Positions 13,495 to 27,242 of a stretch of 64,000 nucleotides of DNA are shown here, piece by piece (within the stretch, counting starts at the first letter, position 1; the number at the start of each line of letters is the position of its first letter). Under the pieces are notes generated by a model. It saw only the letters and a list, made by a program, of their open reading frames with translations, did not search any database and was not told the origin of the DNA. Origin of the DNA: Octopus vulgaris (lineage: Eukaryota); NCBI GenBank assembly GCA_951406725.2, contig OX597816.1:52576001-52640000 (forward strand). Reading direction: 5' to 3'. Both the position numbers and the translations under genes were made by a program.

Positions 13495-13745
13495 ATTAGC
13501 CCTTATTCTTCAGAGCAGGCTAAGTTCATGCTATCTCTACATAGGCATTCTCATCCAACTCATTTCTTCTCCACTCATCACCCTTTTTTGTCCAACACCC
13601 CCATGCCCTGCACTAATCTATATATCCAGCACTTTCTTCTCAGAATTTCATCCCTCTGGAATTCCATCTCCCATGATTCTTTAATTTTTTCACACAGGTG
13701 TTGACTTACAAGGATTCAAAAGGAACATTAATGGCATTAATCTCA
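13495..13745 (+). mobile_element. CR1/L2-group LINE C-terminal fragment
   Basis: HHPFLSNTPMPCTNLYIQHFLLRISSLWNSI...GFKRNIN resembles the HP...F..R...LWNSLP...FK ORF2 end. Confidence 0.35.
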
Positions 13746-15368
13746 CTAATCTAGAAGGACCTGTGAAAACCATGGGCACTGCACTTTTCTTCCTTTTACA
13801 AACTCTATACAATAATCCTCAAAAGTAAAAACACTCACAAAACAAATTCCTCAAACACTACCAACATACAAGTGACTATCTACATTTATCTGTGATTAGT
13901 CACAATAAATCTTATGCAAGTATTATTGGATTGAGACTACACATTCATCAGGTCTTTGAATTCTGAGACTTACATACAATAATTCTCTTGACCAAAAACA
14001 AATATTTGAAAATGATTATTTTAAAATTCCAGGTGGTTCCTTACTCAACTGGAATTATATTACATTACACTGCTTTACATATTCAGATACACCAAAAAAA
14101 AAAAAAAAGAAAATGGACAAATTAGAAACAAAAAATAGCAAGTCCAACATTAATACCTGCAGAGTGTACTCAGTACACGCTACAGGTATTAATGCACCTA
14201 TTAATTAATATATAAACTGAAATCTTAAAACCGTATAATCATGTAGGTTTTCATTTTCAATAAGCCTGAGGGAATAAAACTTTATTACCATTACAGCTAT
14301 CTTAATATAAAATCTAATATACCTAGAGCTGAAGATATTAGTAACCTAAATTAAACAGGATCCTTTCTTTTTTCAGTGCTTCATTCAAGATTCTACATTA
14401 ATTTTATTTTCAGTGATTTATGCCAAAATATGTTGTCATTCACAGCTAATATTACTTACATCGACTAAATCTCAGTCACTTCTGCTTTATGCGTTATAAG
14501 AGTTACTGGTTTTATAAGTATCATTAATCGACACATGAGTATTCTAGAGGTGGACTCAATCAATATTTGCTATAATTTTGATGAGAAATTTTCTATTCAT
14601 AATCATTTTCCCAGCTTACTTCCTGAAGCCTTAATAACAAAACCTAACTTTGAGAAAAGCAAAAGAATTCAGCTCTCATTGAGCAAGTGCTGAATTTGAA
14701 GTATAGAATTGTGAGAGAAGTGAGGATGATTTTGAAGATGATTACGGTTAGATTAAAGATGCTTATTAAATTGTCTTTAAATAGAAAAGCTTGTATAAGT
14801 GGTGAAAATAATGGGCTGATAATTTTTTTATATTTGGACCACATGGTATGAATGAATGGTTGGGTTGCAGTTAATTTTGTGATTATGATTGTAATTTATT
14901 TATTGGTTAAAATATATTTCCAAACAATAATAGTATAAAGTCCTGAGGAGGCAAGATAGATTATTGGTGTGTGTGTGTGTGTGTGTAGAATGGGTGAGAG
15001 CATGAGAGAGAGAGAGGGAGAGAGAGAGAAAATTTATGAACAACAGAAAGAGAAAGTGAGAGATGGAAAGAAACAGAAACAAAAATAACATGAAAAGAGA
15101 AAAAGAAACAAATAAGGAGAAAAGAAAGAAAAAAAAGGAATGACAGTTCAAGGCAAGAATGAGAGAAAGGTTGAAAGACAGAATGAATGAAAGGCAGAAA
15201 GAAATAACAGCAAAAATCTGTGATAGATAGAGAAAGTAAACTGGAAGAGAGAAATAATGGCAGAAAAATGTGAGAGAGATGGAAGGGAAAAGAGTAAATG
15301 AATTAGAGAAAGAGAGAGAGAGAAGGAAAGAAAGAAGAGGAAGTGAGATAAAGACAAAGTAAGACAGT

Positions 15369-15406
<38 letters not shown>

Positions 15407-15702
15407 TTGCTTGGTAATGTACTTTACTAAGCATGGCCTAGTACAGTAATTTCAAACCTTTTCCATCCACAATACACTGAATGAACTGCTAAAAAGGAAA
15501 CACAGCACACCAGCTTTTTATAAAGATATACTATGTACAAGTGCAGACATGACTGTATGGTTAACTTGTTACTTCACGATCACAGGGTTGCTGGTTCAGT
15601 CCCACTATGCACCACTTTTGATAGCCTTTTGTGGTATTGCCACAGAGCAACCAAAGCTTAGTGAGTAAATTTTGTATATGGAAATTATGCTCAAACCTGA
15701 TA

Positions 15703-15739
<37 letters not shown>

Positions 15740-15741
<2 letters not shown>

Positions 15742-16145
15742 TCTTTTACCCTTTTACTTGTTTCAGTCATTTGACTGTGGCCATGCTGGAGCACCGCCTT
15801 TAGCCGAGCAAATCGACCCCAGTACTTATTCTTTGTAAGCCGAGTACTTATTCTATCGGTCTCTTTTGCTGAACCGCTAAGTTATGGGGATGTAAACACA
15901 CCAGCATCGGTTGTCAAGCAATGTTGGGGGGACAAACACATACACACAAACATATACACACACTTGCATATATATACATATATATACATATATACGATGG
16001 GCTTCTTTCAGTTTCTGTCTACCAAATCCACTCACAAGGCTTTGGTCGGACCGAGGCCATAGTAGAAGACACTTGCCCAAGGTGCTACGCAGTGGGAATG
16101 AACCAGGAACCATGTGGTTGGTGAACAAGCTACTTACCACACAGC

Positions 16146-16189
<44 letters not shown>

Positions 16190-16352
16190 TCTTTTATTTG
16201 TTTCAGTCATTTGACTGCAGCCATGCTGCGGCACCACCTTCAGTCGAACAAATTGACCCCAGAACTTATTCTTTGTATGACAGGTACTTATTCTATTGAT
16301 TACGGGGATGTAAACACACCAACATTGCTTGTCAAGTGATGGTAGGGGGACA
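15740..16352 (-). mobile_element. SINE family A, full copy (15740-16146) plus tail fragment (16188-16352)
   Basis: Reverse complement of the family A consensus. Confidence 0.8.
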
Positions 16353-16634
16353 AATAAGGATAATGAATTAAAAAACTGAAGAATAGTTACACATAAGTAA
16401 AACATTATGCATCTTAGTAATTGTTGCAAGCAGTCTCTGTATGGCCAAATTATTAAGAAGTTTCTTCCACAATAATGGTCAGAGATCACTATCAAAAGAT
16501 TTACAATATCAAAATACAAGTGTTAAATGTGTAAAGAATAGAAGGGAAGTGAAGTATTCTTTGTTATACTTAGGGGTGGTCATCTTTTGCCAATTAAACA
16601 TATGCACTGTTTATTCGATCATCACTTTTGCTTT

Positions 16635-16958
16635 ATTTGCTGGTGACATGTGAAAAAACATACGAGCGAGGTCGTTACCAGTGCCACTGGACTGGCTCCC
16701 ATGCAGGTAGCACATAAAAAGCACCATTTGAGTGTGGCCATTGCCAGTACCTACTGCCTGACTGGCCCTCATACCAGTGGCATGTAAAAGCACCCACTAC
16801 ATTCTCGGAGTGGTTGGCGTTAGGAAGGGCATCCAGCTGTAGAAACTCTGCCAGATCAGATTGGAGTCTGGTGCAGCCATCTGGTTCACCAGACCTCAGT
16901 CAAATCGTCCAACCCATGCTAGCATGGAAAGCGGACGTTAAACAATGATAATGATGAT
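16635..16958 (+). mobile_element. Family C RTE 3' end
   Basis: Tandem units + terminus + (GAT)n. Confidence 0.75.
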
Positions 16959-17171
16959 AATTAGTTTATATTTGTCAAGTTCTTTCATCACACATTTTGT
17001 GGCAACTTCGACTTTCTGTCCCATAAGTCTCCTCTTGTCCTGCCTATTCCATTTTGTTTTTCTGGGTATCAATCTCTATTTGTGCATGCATTTACATGTG
17101 TGTGCATATATGTGCACACACATGTGTGTGTTTCTTGTGTGCATGTACATGGGTATGTATATAATATTGTA

Positions 17172-17382
17172 AGACAGCAAGCTGGCAGAAACATTAGCAC
17201 GCCGGGCGAAATGCCTAGCAGTATTTCGTCTGTCTTTATGTTTTGAGTTCAAATTCCACTGAGGTCGATTTGCCTTTCATCCTTTCGGGGTTGATAAATA
17301 AAGTACCAGTTGTGTACTGAAGTTGATCTAATCGATTGGCCCCTCCCAAAAAATTTCGGACCTTGTGCCTGGGGTAGAAAAA
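17172..17382 (+). mobile_element. SINE family B (alternative tail)
   Basis: Same head and core, ending ...CCTTGTGCCT..GTAGAAAA. Diverged relatives lie at ~2210-2385, 4910-5112, 33140-33580, 38690-38882, 39690-39900, 50845-51050 and 63422-63625. Confidence 0.7.
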
Positions 17383-17425
17383 GTATATAACATTGTTTGT
17401 ATCCAGGTCATTTATGTTTTCTTCT

Positions 17426-17833
17426 TTTTACTCTTTACTCATTTATTTGTTTCAGTCATTTGACTGTGGCCATGCTGGAGCACTGCCTTTAGTTGAGCAA
17501 ATCGACCCCAGGACTTATTCTTTGTAAGCCTAGTATTAATTCTATCAGTCTCTTTTGCCAAACCGCTAAGTTACAGGGACGTAAACACACCAGCATCGGT
17601 TGTCAAGCGATGTTGGGGGGACAAATACAGACACACAAACACATACACACACATACAAATATATATACATATATACGACGGGCTTCTTTCAGTTTCCATC
17701 CACCAAATCCACTTACAAGGCTTTGGTCGGCGCGAGGCTATAGTAGAAGACACTTGCCCAAGGCGCCATGCAGGGGGACTGAATCTGGAACCATGTGGTT
17801 GGTAAGCAAGCTACTTACCACACAGCCACTCCT
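17426..17833 (-). mobile_element. SINE family A
   Basis: Full-length match to the other copies. Confidence 0.85.
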
Positions 17834-18398
17834 AGGCCTTTCTTTTTTTTTTTTGTCCTCTTAAAACAGTATGACAGATATTTTGATTAAAATGATATTT
17901 GTTGATGCCATTGATTTTGTAGTAGAATACATCTCACTCTACTGTGAACCAACCAACCGTGAAATATGAGTAGAACCTGTTGTCAGCCCAGCAAAGTGAG
18001 GCAAATAGAGTTATAAAGTGCCTGGCTAATGAACAAAACACAATAGATGTAGTAGTAACAATGTTTGACCTTAAGAATACTTGATCAATAGTGCAGTCAG
18101 TAATTAACCTTACAGAGATTATATCCTGGTAATGAGCTAGCAATGTAATGAGAATGGAAAAGATCATAGATGGATGAGTTATAAAAGGTTGCTGGAAATG
18201 GATTTGCATCAATGAATTGTATGATTGAAGCAGGAAAACTATTTCATTAACCTTAAAATCACCATCTTCAAAGGTTATAGAAACTTCACATGAAAGATAT
18301 GATACTAACTCTTAAGTGAATGATAGAAAATAGAAATCTTATACAAAAGAAGTAAAGAAAATTTAGATCAAGTTTAGATCATTGGATGAAATCAGTGG

Positions 18399-18760
18399 AT
18401 CATCATCATCATCGTTTAACATCCGCTTTCCATGCTAGCATGGGTTGGACGATTTGACTGAGGTCTGGCAAACCAGATGGCTGCACCAGGCTCCAATCTT
18501 CCAATCTGATCTGGCAGAGTTTCTACAGCTGCATGCCCTACCTAGCACCAACCACTCCGAGAGTGTAGTGGGTGCTTTTACGTGCCACTGGCACGAGGGC
18601 CAGTCAGGCAGTACTGGCAACAGCCACGCTCAAAGGGTGCTTTTTATGTGCCACCTGCACAGGAGCCAGTCCAGCGGCACTGGTAACAACCTCACTCGAA
18701 TGTTTTTTTCAAGTGCCACCAACACAAGTGCTAGTAAGGCGACGCAGGTAACGATCACAC
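18399..18760 (-). mobile_element. Family C RTE 3' end
   Basis: Closely similar to 10882-11245. Confidence 0.75.
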
Positions 18761-18789
18761 TGCAGTTTCTATGGATATGTCAACATTCT

Positions 18790-20082
18790 GCTTAAGAACA
18801 TAATCAAATGACCATGGATATGAATGAAGAATAGCAATAAATGAAGAATATCAATGGTTTTGAATGGTAATAAAACCAAACGGTTCAACTGGTTTAAAGA
18901 GTTCTGTAACATGAAAGATGGATTTTGGTCATCAATAATATGGTCTGATGAAAGCAAATTTTTTGAAAATTTTCCCATTCGTAGCAGAGATATGTGCTGT
19001 ACCACAAAATTGAAACACAGAAGCTAGATTGTCTACAAGAAACAGTTAAATATGGCAATTAAAGTTATGTTATAGGAGGAAGTTTGAGCAACAGGTAAAC
19101 CAGAACCTATTTTTGCTGAAATTATTTAAATAGTCCACAGCAAAATCTATAACCTATCTATTTCAATGTAAGAACTGATAAGAAGACTACTCTTTTTTCA
19201 AGAAGATGGAGTCTCATCTCATAGGGGCAAGGTGTCATGAGTTCGCAAAAGTACTCATAAAACTGAATCACTGAAAAAAGACTCCTCAAAGCCCCAATCT
19301 TATTTCTTTACTTATTGCTTTACTGTCCACAAGGGGCTACACACAGAGGGGACAAACAAGGACAGACAAACAGATTAAGTCAATTATATTGACTCCAGTG
19401 TGTAACTGGTACTTATTTAATTGACCCCGAAAGGATGAAGGACAAAGTCGACCTTGGCGGAATTTGAACTCAGAACATAACAGCAGACGAAATACCGTTC
19501 AGCATTTCACCCGGCATGCAAATGTTTCTTATTTCTTTATTGCCCACAAGGGGTTACACACAGAGGGGACAAACAAGGAGAGACAAATGGATTAAGTCGA
19601 TTATATCAACCTCAGTGCATAACTGGTACTTATTTAATCGACCCCAAAAGGATGAAAGGCAAAGTCAACCTTGGCAGAATTTGAACTCAGAACGTAGTGG
19701 CAGACGAAATACCGCTAAGCATTTCGCCCGGCGTGCAAATGTTTCTGCCAGCTCACCACCTTTTCAAAGCCCCAATCTTAATCCAAAGGAATACTTATAC
19801 GAACACATTGATTGAAGATTACAAGCAAAACTGTCCATAAATTATATCAATTAAAAAGCTATAAAAAGCAGTGACTGACAAGTGGATACATAAGGCTCAA
19901 CTTATCATTGGTAATTTAATCAAATCCATGCCTAATTGAGTGACATCTACAATATCAGCTAAAGAAGAACTTACAAAATACTGAGACAAACTTTTATTCC
20001 TTTTCAATATTTCATGAAAGTATTACAAGTTGAAATAATGTTGTATTTTATTACCCAGCTATAAATTTATTGTAAACCACTG
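18790..20082 (+). mobile_element. Fossil Tc1-like (DD34E) transposon interrupted by SINEs
   Basis: WSDESKF (18941-18961), FQEDG (19196-19210), QSPNLNPKE (19765-19791), NLIKSMPN*V..SAK..TKY* (~19914-19984), and a right end ...CCACTG|TA. After removing the 478-bp insertion, the D-to-E distance is 106 nt (~DD34E plus a frameshift). The left end was not located. Confidence 0.75.
19303..19763 (-). mobile_element. Two tandem/nested family B SINEs inside the Tc1 fossil
   Basis: 17-bp TSD TCAAAGCCCCAATCTTA (19286-19302, 19764-19780). Confidence 0.85.
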
Positions 20083-20326
20083 TACATCATTTCTAATTTC
20101 AATTTAAATTCAGTGTCATAAAAATAACTTTAAAGTGAAGTAAATGCAGTCAATCACCTTGTATGTACTATAATTTTTATAGTATGTACACATGATCTGT
20201 AAATTTCAAATACAGAAAACTGTTATAAATTAATACTTAGTATTTTGTCAATAATTTTTATTGATATGTATACAATTTTCTCAATTTGATTTTTATTTTC
20301 TGAAATTTTAAATTGCTAAAACTGTA

Positions 20327-20386
<60 letters not shown>

Positions 20387-20742
20387 GCAATTAGAATATG
20401 ATGCAAAAATATCTGGAGTTGAATACTCTTCATTGAAGGTCTTTGACCAGCTTAAAATTGGTTTTGTGCCTAGTAAAAAAAAAACAACAAAAAAACACAA
20501 CCACCACCACCATTATTATTGTTGTTGTTGTTGTTGTTATTATTATTATTGTTTCTAATGAGATTTCAAATTTCACTGCAACATAATTATCACCACTATT
20601 ATTTTTTATAAAAAGGAGGTGGAATGGTAAAATTAAAAGAGTCTGAAACAAAATATGCTGTGATACTGAATCCTTTTATGTTTTGAGTTTAGATCTTACT
20701 GAAACAGACTTTGCCTCTCATACTTCTAGGTTCCATACGATA

Positions 20743-21137
20743 ACTCTCTTTTACTCTTTTACTTGTTTTAGTCATTTGATTGTGGCCATGCTGGAGTAGC
20801 ACCTTTGAGCAAATCGACCCCAGGACTTATTCTTTGTAAGCCTAGTAATTATTCTATCAGTCTCTTTTGCCGAACCATCAAGTTACAGGGACGTAAACAC
20901 ACCAGCATCAGTTGTCAAGCAATGTTGGGGGGACAAACAAACATATACACATACATATATTTGCTTATATACAACAAGCTTCTTTCAGTTCCCGTCTACC
21001 AAATCCACTCACAAGGCTTTGGTTGGCCCGAGGCTATAGTAGAAGACACTTGCCCTAAGTGCCATGCAGTGGGACTGAACCCAGAACCATGTGGTTGGTA
21101 AGCAAGCTACTTACCACACAGCCACTCCTACGCCTAT
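20743..21137 (-). mobile_element. SINE family A
   Basis: Full-length match. Confidence 0.85.
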
Positions 21138-22064
21138 GTAACAGTTTAGATTTTGACATCAGTATAATCAATTATAACTTCTCACCAAATTCATGCCCTT
21201 GTCTTGTGCTGTTATTAGGAATTATAATTATAAAAAGGAATTAAGATCAAAGTTCAATTCATTCTAATACATATTTTTTAACAAGCTCACCTGCTAATCA
21301 TGACACCAGTGTTTGTTCTGGCACTGTTATTCTATATATCACTGGCAGGAAGATGAGTTGCTGCTATCTCTAGCAGTCAAGCATCCATCATTGACAAGAC
21401 TAAGGAAGGCTTAAATCATGTGATCTGATGATTCTTAAGCACTGGAGGTGGTAGGGACTTATCTCTCCTCTGGTGATCTAAACATGGGTGCATTTTGCAT
21501 CAAAAGCCAGTATGATAGTTTCTCTCATAGTATCCACCAGAGTACAATTTGTTCAAATGGAACAGTCATGTTTAAGTGGGGATAAATATTACAATATTAC
21601 CTCTCTAAAGAATGTCTGAAGGGAAGCTTAAAAATGAACTGAGATGCAGAAATTGCAATATCCTTGTGAGCTTGAAGATACTAATTTTAGGTGGTGAGCT
21701 GGTAGAATCATAAAAGCATTAATAAAAATGCTTGGTGGCATTTCTTTCAGCTCTTTACATGCTGAGCTCAAATCCTGCAAGGTTAATTTCAAAGTGGTTA
21801 CCAACAAGATTGCAGTCCAATGACTGAAACAAATAAAATATATCTAATATAGTTTAAAAAACAGAATATTCAAAAATATATTTCCATATGAAATAATAAA
21901 GGCACATTCTTATTATCCAATTTGTTAGAGGATTTTTATCGTTTAGTCAGAGGGATCACACTACTTATGCTTTTATTGCCTTTTCGGGGCTCTAGAAAGT
22001 TGTGGGAGAAAAGAAAATAGCTATCCTTATATCAGAGACCTGGGTCAAATACTTGCCATGCAGT

Positions 22065-22604
22065 TCTTTTCTTTTCATCGCCCTTTTCAAGCCTAGCTAG
22101 TCTCATGGGCCCGGTTTCTGTGGCGTATGTGTTCCCCCCAGCTAGACAGGATGCCAGTCCATCGCAGGGTTACTCAAGAAACAAGAAGAGTGAGTGAAAG
22201 TTGTGGTGAAAGAGTACAACAGGGGGTGCCACCACCCCCTGCCGGAGCCTCGTGGAGCTTTTAGGTGTTTGTGCTCAATAAACACACACAAAACCGCAAT
22301 CCTCTGACTGCGAGTCCACTGCCCTAACCACTGAGCCATTGCACCTCCACAATAAATGCACCCTTTCAAAGCCTAGCCAGGCTCATGGGCCTGGTTTTCC
22401 AGTTTCAATGGCGTATGTGTTCCCCAGCTGGACCGGATGCCAGTCCATTGCGGCATTACTCCTTTTTTCCAGCTGAGTGAACTGGAGCAATGTGAAATGA
22501 AGTGTTTCGCTCAAGAACACAACGCGTCATCCAGTCCAGGAATCGAAACCACAATCTTGCAATCATGATGTTGTCACCCTAACCACTAAGCCACGTGCCT
22601 CCAC
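22065..22604 (-). mobile_element. Tandem SINE pair: family D (22078-22348) + E-core/D-tail hybrid (22357-22604)
   Basis: Both lie inside one 13-bp TSD CTTGCCATGCAGT (22052-22064, 22605-22617). Confidence 0.8.
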
Positions 22605-23340
22605 CTTGCCATGCAGTAGACTTCCCAAAATATACCCAATAAGTAGGTGGCTTTGTCAAACCAGACAACAGATTACACAAAAAGATGCATGGTTTCTTAT
22701 AAGCTTCCACAATGTTTTTATCAGCCAAAATTTTCTTTGCAAAGTTTTGATCAATCCTTGTTTCAAAGCAAATTTCTCAACCACACAGCCATGCTTTGAT
22801 AAGCTGAATTCAGTTTAAAGGTATCTTGATGTAATATATATAACAGATGAAAATGCGATTTAAATTAAACAACATAAGTTTGAGTGATGACATCTTTATG
22901 CAATGGCACTATCAGTTTTATAATATCTACAACTGAATAACATACTTCAAATGTAGAAAAATATTCTCAACTTTCTCAACTGTATTTTTTTTTCCCAGTT
23001 AAAATTTCAAATTGCTAAAAAAGAGATTTCATTTTATTATTCAAAATCTCTAAAATGTAAATTTGAACTTGAAATAGAATATGATAATCAACTAAAGTAA
23101 GTTTTATATTTGAAATTAAAATTTTTTTAAATCAAACTTTGATTCGAATTTTGATTTGAATTTTAGTTTTTAAAATTTCTCAGTGATAGACCAAGCATGT
23201 TCTAGGGTTTTTTAAATGAGAGAAATCAATATTTTATTTCAGTCGCTTTTCTGTAACCATTGCATGAATTCTTTTGTTCATTTTTCCTCTTCAAAAAGAG
23301 AACAAATGTCTGAAATATTGGCTTTTTCACTTCATTCATT

Positions 23341-23675
23341 TACTCTTTACTCTTTTACTTGTTTCAGTCATTTGACTGTGGCCATGCTGGAGCACTGCCT
23401 TTAGTCAAGCAAATTGACCCCAGGACTTATTTTATCAGTGTAAACACACCAGCATTGGTTGTCAAGCGATGTTGGGGGGACAAACACAGACACACAAACA
23501 TACACACACACACACATACATATATATACATATATCCGATGGGCTTCTTTCAGTTTCCATCTACCAAATCTACTCACAAGGCTACAGTAGAAGACACTTG
23601 CCCAATGTGCCATGCAATGGGACTGAACCTGGAACCATGTGATTCGTAAGCAAGCTACTTACCACACAGCCACTC
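23341..23675 (-). mobile_element. SINE family A (internal deletions)
   Basis: Match with two short deletions. Confidence 0.8.
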
Positions 23676-24032
23676 AGTTTGGAAATGGGGTTATTTGAAT
23701 CAGTTTTACAGCTAGATGCTTTTCCTGTCCCCTACACTTATCCATTTTCCAAGCAAGGGGATGTTTATTTTTTATTCTATGGCCCTATAAAAACATAAAG
23801 TGACTGGTCATAATGTCAACTAGATCTGTAAATATTATCACCATCATGTATGTTTTCTTCAGTTTTATTCCGTGAAATTCACACGTAAGTTATTAGCTGT
23901 CTGGGCTATAGTAGAACGCACCCAAGGTGCCACTCACTGAGACCAAATGTAAAATCATGTGGTTGTGAAGCAAATGACTTAGCTACGCAACCATGTCAGT
24001 ACCTATATAGCTATCGGAACCCGACTTACTAT

Positions 24033-24440
24033 ACTCTTTACTCTTTTACTTGTTTCAGTTATTTGTCTGCGGCCATGCTGGAGCACCGACTTTAGTCAAG
24101 CAAATCGACCCCAGGACTTATTATTTGTAAGCCTAGTACTTATTCTATCAGTCTCTTTTGCCAAACCGCTAAGTTACGGGGATGTAAACACACCAGCATC
24201 GGTTGTCAAGTGATGTTGGGGGGGGGGACAAACACAGACGCACAAACACACATATATATACATATACATATATATGACAGGCTTCTTTCAGTTCCCGTCT
24301 ACCAAATGCACTCACAAGGCTTTGGTCGGCCTGAGGCTATAGTAGAAGACACTCGCCCAATGTGCCACACAGTGGGACTGAACCAGGAACCATGTGGTTG
24401 GTAAGCAAGCTACTTACCACACAGCCACTCCTGTGCCTAT
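24033..24440 (-). mobile_element. SINE family A
   Basis: Full-length match. Confidence 0.85.
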
Positions 24441-25229
24441 AATATTTTTTCCTATAGTCTATTCATTTTTTACTACATTTCCTTTTAGTAAAGAATATCG
24501 ATTCAACTGGTGAAATTGTCCTTTTCAAAAGTAATTTGATTTGTGAACTTGAAAGTTACTCGTCTGTAGAATTAGAATCTGTTGAGACTTCAAAAAGCCT
24601 TCATTAAAACTAATTTTTATTAATTATATTAAAGACATGTCACTATAAATTTGTTTTATTTCAAAAGTTTCTGCTTTTTTCATTTGTAGACAAACACATG
24701 TCAGAGTTAATTTTATTCTCATCAGAGATGGCTTTTATCTGCTGATGCTTTCAGCTGAACTACCATCTGTTGGTTTTAGTAATATAGAGGAAATTCCTGC
24801 TGGGTAAAGAAATGAATTATTCATATCCCAAACTGAAATGACTGCAGGTCTTTCAAACAGCATCTAAGTAACAAGGCTAACTCTCATTAAATTACTAGTC
24901 TGATAATAACTCACAGAAGCTTGGTGTTTTTTTTTGGGTTTTTTTCTGCATAAAAAATTATTGCCTCAATGCTTCAAATTAATTTTTATAACCTTTATAA
25001 CTAATATGTTTATATCACCAATTACTACACAAATTAAACCAAAATTGAAAGATTTTGAAATTTTTCTTTTTAAAATAGAGAGGTCACCACAAATGTTCGA
25101 AAGTAGCAAAGACAAAACTAAATAGAAGAATATAAAATGCTAAGGATCTGAATTGTGGAAAAAGTAATGCAAACACAGCATGAAGAAAGTGTAGGTTAAA
25201 CTGATCCCAGACGTTTTGAAAGAAAATTT

Positions 25230-25390
25230 ACAGGTGCAGGAGTGGCTGTGTGGTAAGTAGCTTGTTTACCAACCACATGGTTCCAGGTTCAGTCCCACTG
25301 CATGGTACCTTGGGCAAGTGTCTTCTACTATAGCCTCAGGCCGACCAAAGCCCTGTGAGTGGATTTGGTAGACGGAAACTGCCTGTCGTA

Positions 25391-25462
<72 letters not shown>

Positions 25463-25680
25463 CGTGTATGTTTGTGTGTCTGTGTTTGTCCCCCCTAGCA
25501 TTGCTTGACAACCGATGCTGGTGTGTTTATATCCCCATCACTTAGTGGTTTGACAAAAGAGACCGATAGAATAAGTACTGGGCTTACAAAGAATAAGTCC
25601 CAGGGTCGAGTTGCTCGACTAAAGGCGGTGCTCCAGCATGGCCGCAGTCAAATTACTGAAACAAGTAAAAGAGAGGGTAA
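25230..25680 (+). mobile_element. SINE family A
   Basis: GGTGCAGGAGTGGCTGTGTGG head, GGTTCAGTCCC B box, (TA)n, AGTAAAAGAG tail. Confidence 0.85.
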
Positions 25681-26724
25681 AGAGGTATGCTTACAAGACT
25701 ATGGCTCTATGTTCAATCCCAATGTGCAGTACGTTGAGCAAGTATCTTATCTCATGTCTTTAGGGACGACTAATATTTTGAGAGTTGAATTTGATAGAAA
25801 GAAACTGTGTGGAAGCCAGGGATGTAGGTGTGGGTATGTGTGCATGTGTGGAGGTGTGTGTGAGAGAGATTATGAGTTCACAATGATAGAGAGAAACTGA
25901 TGTAAGACATATGAGAAGAAATGTCTTGTAGATTTGGCTCTAAAAATATTGTACTGATGATTGCAATCAAATAAGAGATTCAAGCTGATAAGGGAAGTAG
26001 ATGTTTACAGATTTTTCTATCATTTTTTGCATGTAAGTGAGGTGGTAATTGGTTGGGTTAAGGGAGTTGCATTCTTTGGATATGCAACTTAACATTATGT
26101 GTGTTTATTTTTTTTAATATTTTACTTTTAAAAGCATGATGTGAACAAACCATGCTAATGGCCTTCTCAGACCCTCTGCTGGTGATTGAAAGCATTTAGA
26201 AAGCAGTAAAAGCATCAGATGAACTTAAACACAGACATATACCCACACAGTGGTAGAAGCAGAAACTGAGCCAGAGTAATAAGAAGTTTTTGTGGAGGAT
26301 ATCCCAGTTAGAAGTCAGTAACAAGAAGAGCATTTTTTGCACTGGAGAAAAAAACCAAACTTTTAAAAGGGAAGTAGTGATATTAAGGGTAACCAAGATT
26401 ATATAACTATGCTAGAGATAGAAGATGGATACTTTGAGTTTCTAAGACAAAAAACACCTGTGGTTTGTGTGAATTATTTGTGTAGAAAAAGCATGACAGA
26501 TGTAGACGAAAGGTTATTTTGTTTCATTGTTCATACATCTAAATAATGCTTTAGATTAACTTTATTGGTTTCAGCATGGTATCTTTGCTATTTTCATCAT
26601 ATATATTTCACTTTTGTAAATACAAGTCAGTGAAACAAATGCCCTATGTTGATGACTACAATTCATTAAAATCCTCAAAGTCTATGCCACAGCATGGCCA
26701 TAGTCAAGTGACTGACACCATTAA

Positions 26725-26944
26725 CCCTTTCGTTACCAACCCAGCTGAAACCAGCTCTGGCTCTGAGTACAAATGTCTTGTTTTCATAAGATTTGAATTA
26801 AAATCTGCCATCAGACCTTAGTCACAATTTATGTTCCTAACACTAGCTGAATGATAACTAAGTTATTTTACTAAATTTTTAGTTATATTTAAAGTAATTG
26901 AAAGAAACACAGAGCATCTCAAAATAAATACAGTACCGAAAGGG
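26725..26944 (+). mobile_element. piggyBac-type MITE, copy 1 (220 bp)
   Basis: TTAA|CCCTTTCGTTAC ... GTACCGAAAGGG|TTAA; three other copies in the window. Confidence 0.85.
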
Positions 26945-27242
26945 TTAAAAGAATTAAAATATCAAGGATCTTTTTATGGTGGCCAGTATAATGTCTGTTA
27001 TAAGTGGATATCAGAATTTTCAAAGTCTTCTTGTAATTTATATTTCTTATACAATGAAATATTTGTATAATCATTGTCATGCAAAAATAATATTTATTTC
27101 TCTTTCCAATATATTTTTCACTGACCTACTTTGAAACCAAAAGCTCTATTCCTGCATAATCTCAAAAAATATATTTGGAACCTTATTTCTTCACTTTATC
27201 AACATTAACCCTTAAAACAAAGAAAAATATTTCAGCTAAGAT

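Noticed and set aside
15877-16339. Recurrent ORFs such as [22 protein letters not shown] and LQLDALPNANHS that look like a gene family
   Set aside because: They are incidental translations of SINE A and of the family C LINE 3'UTR.
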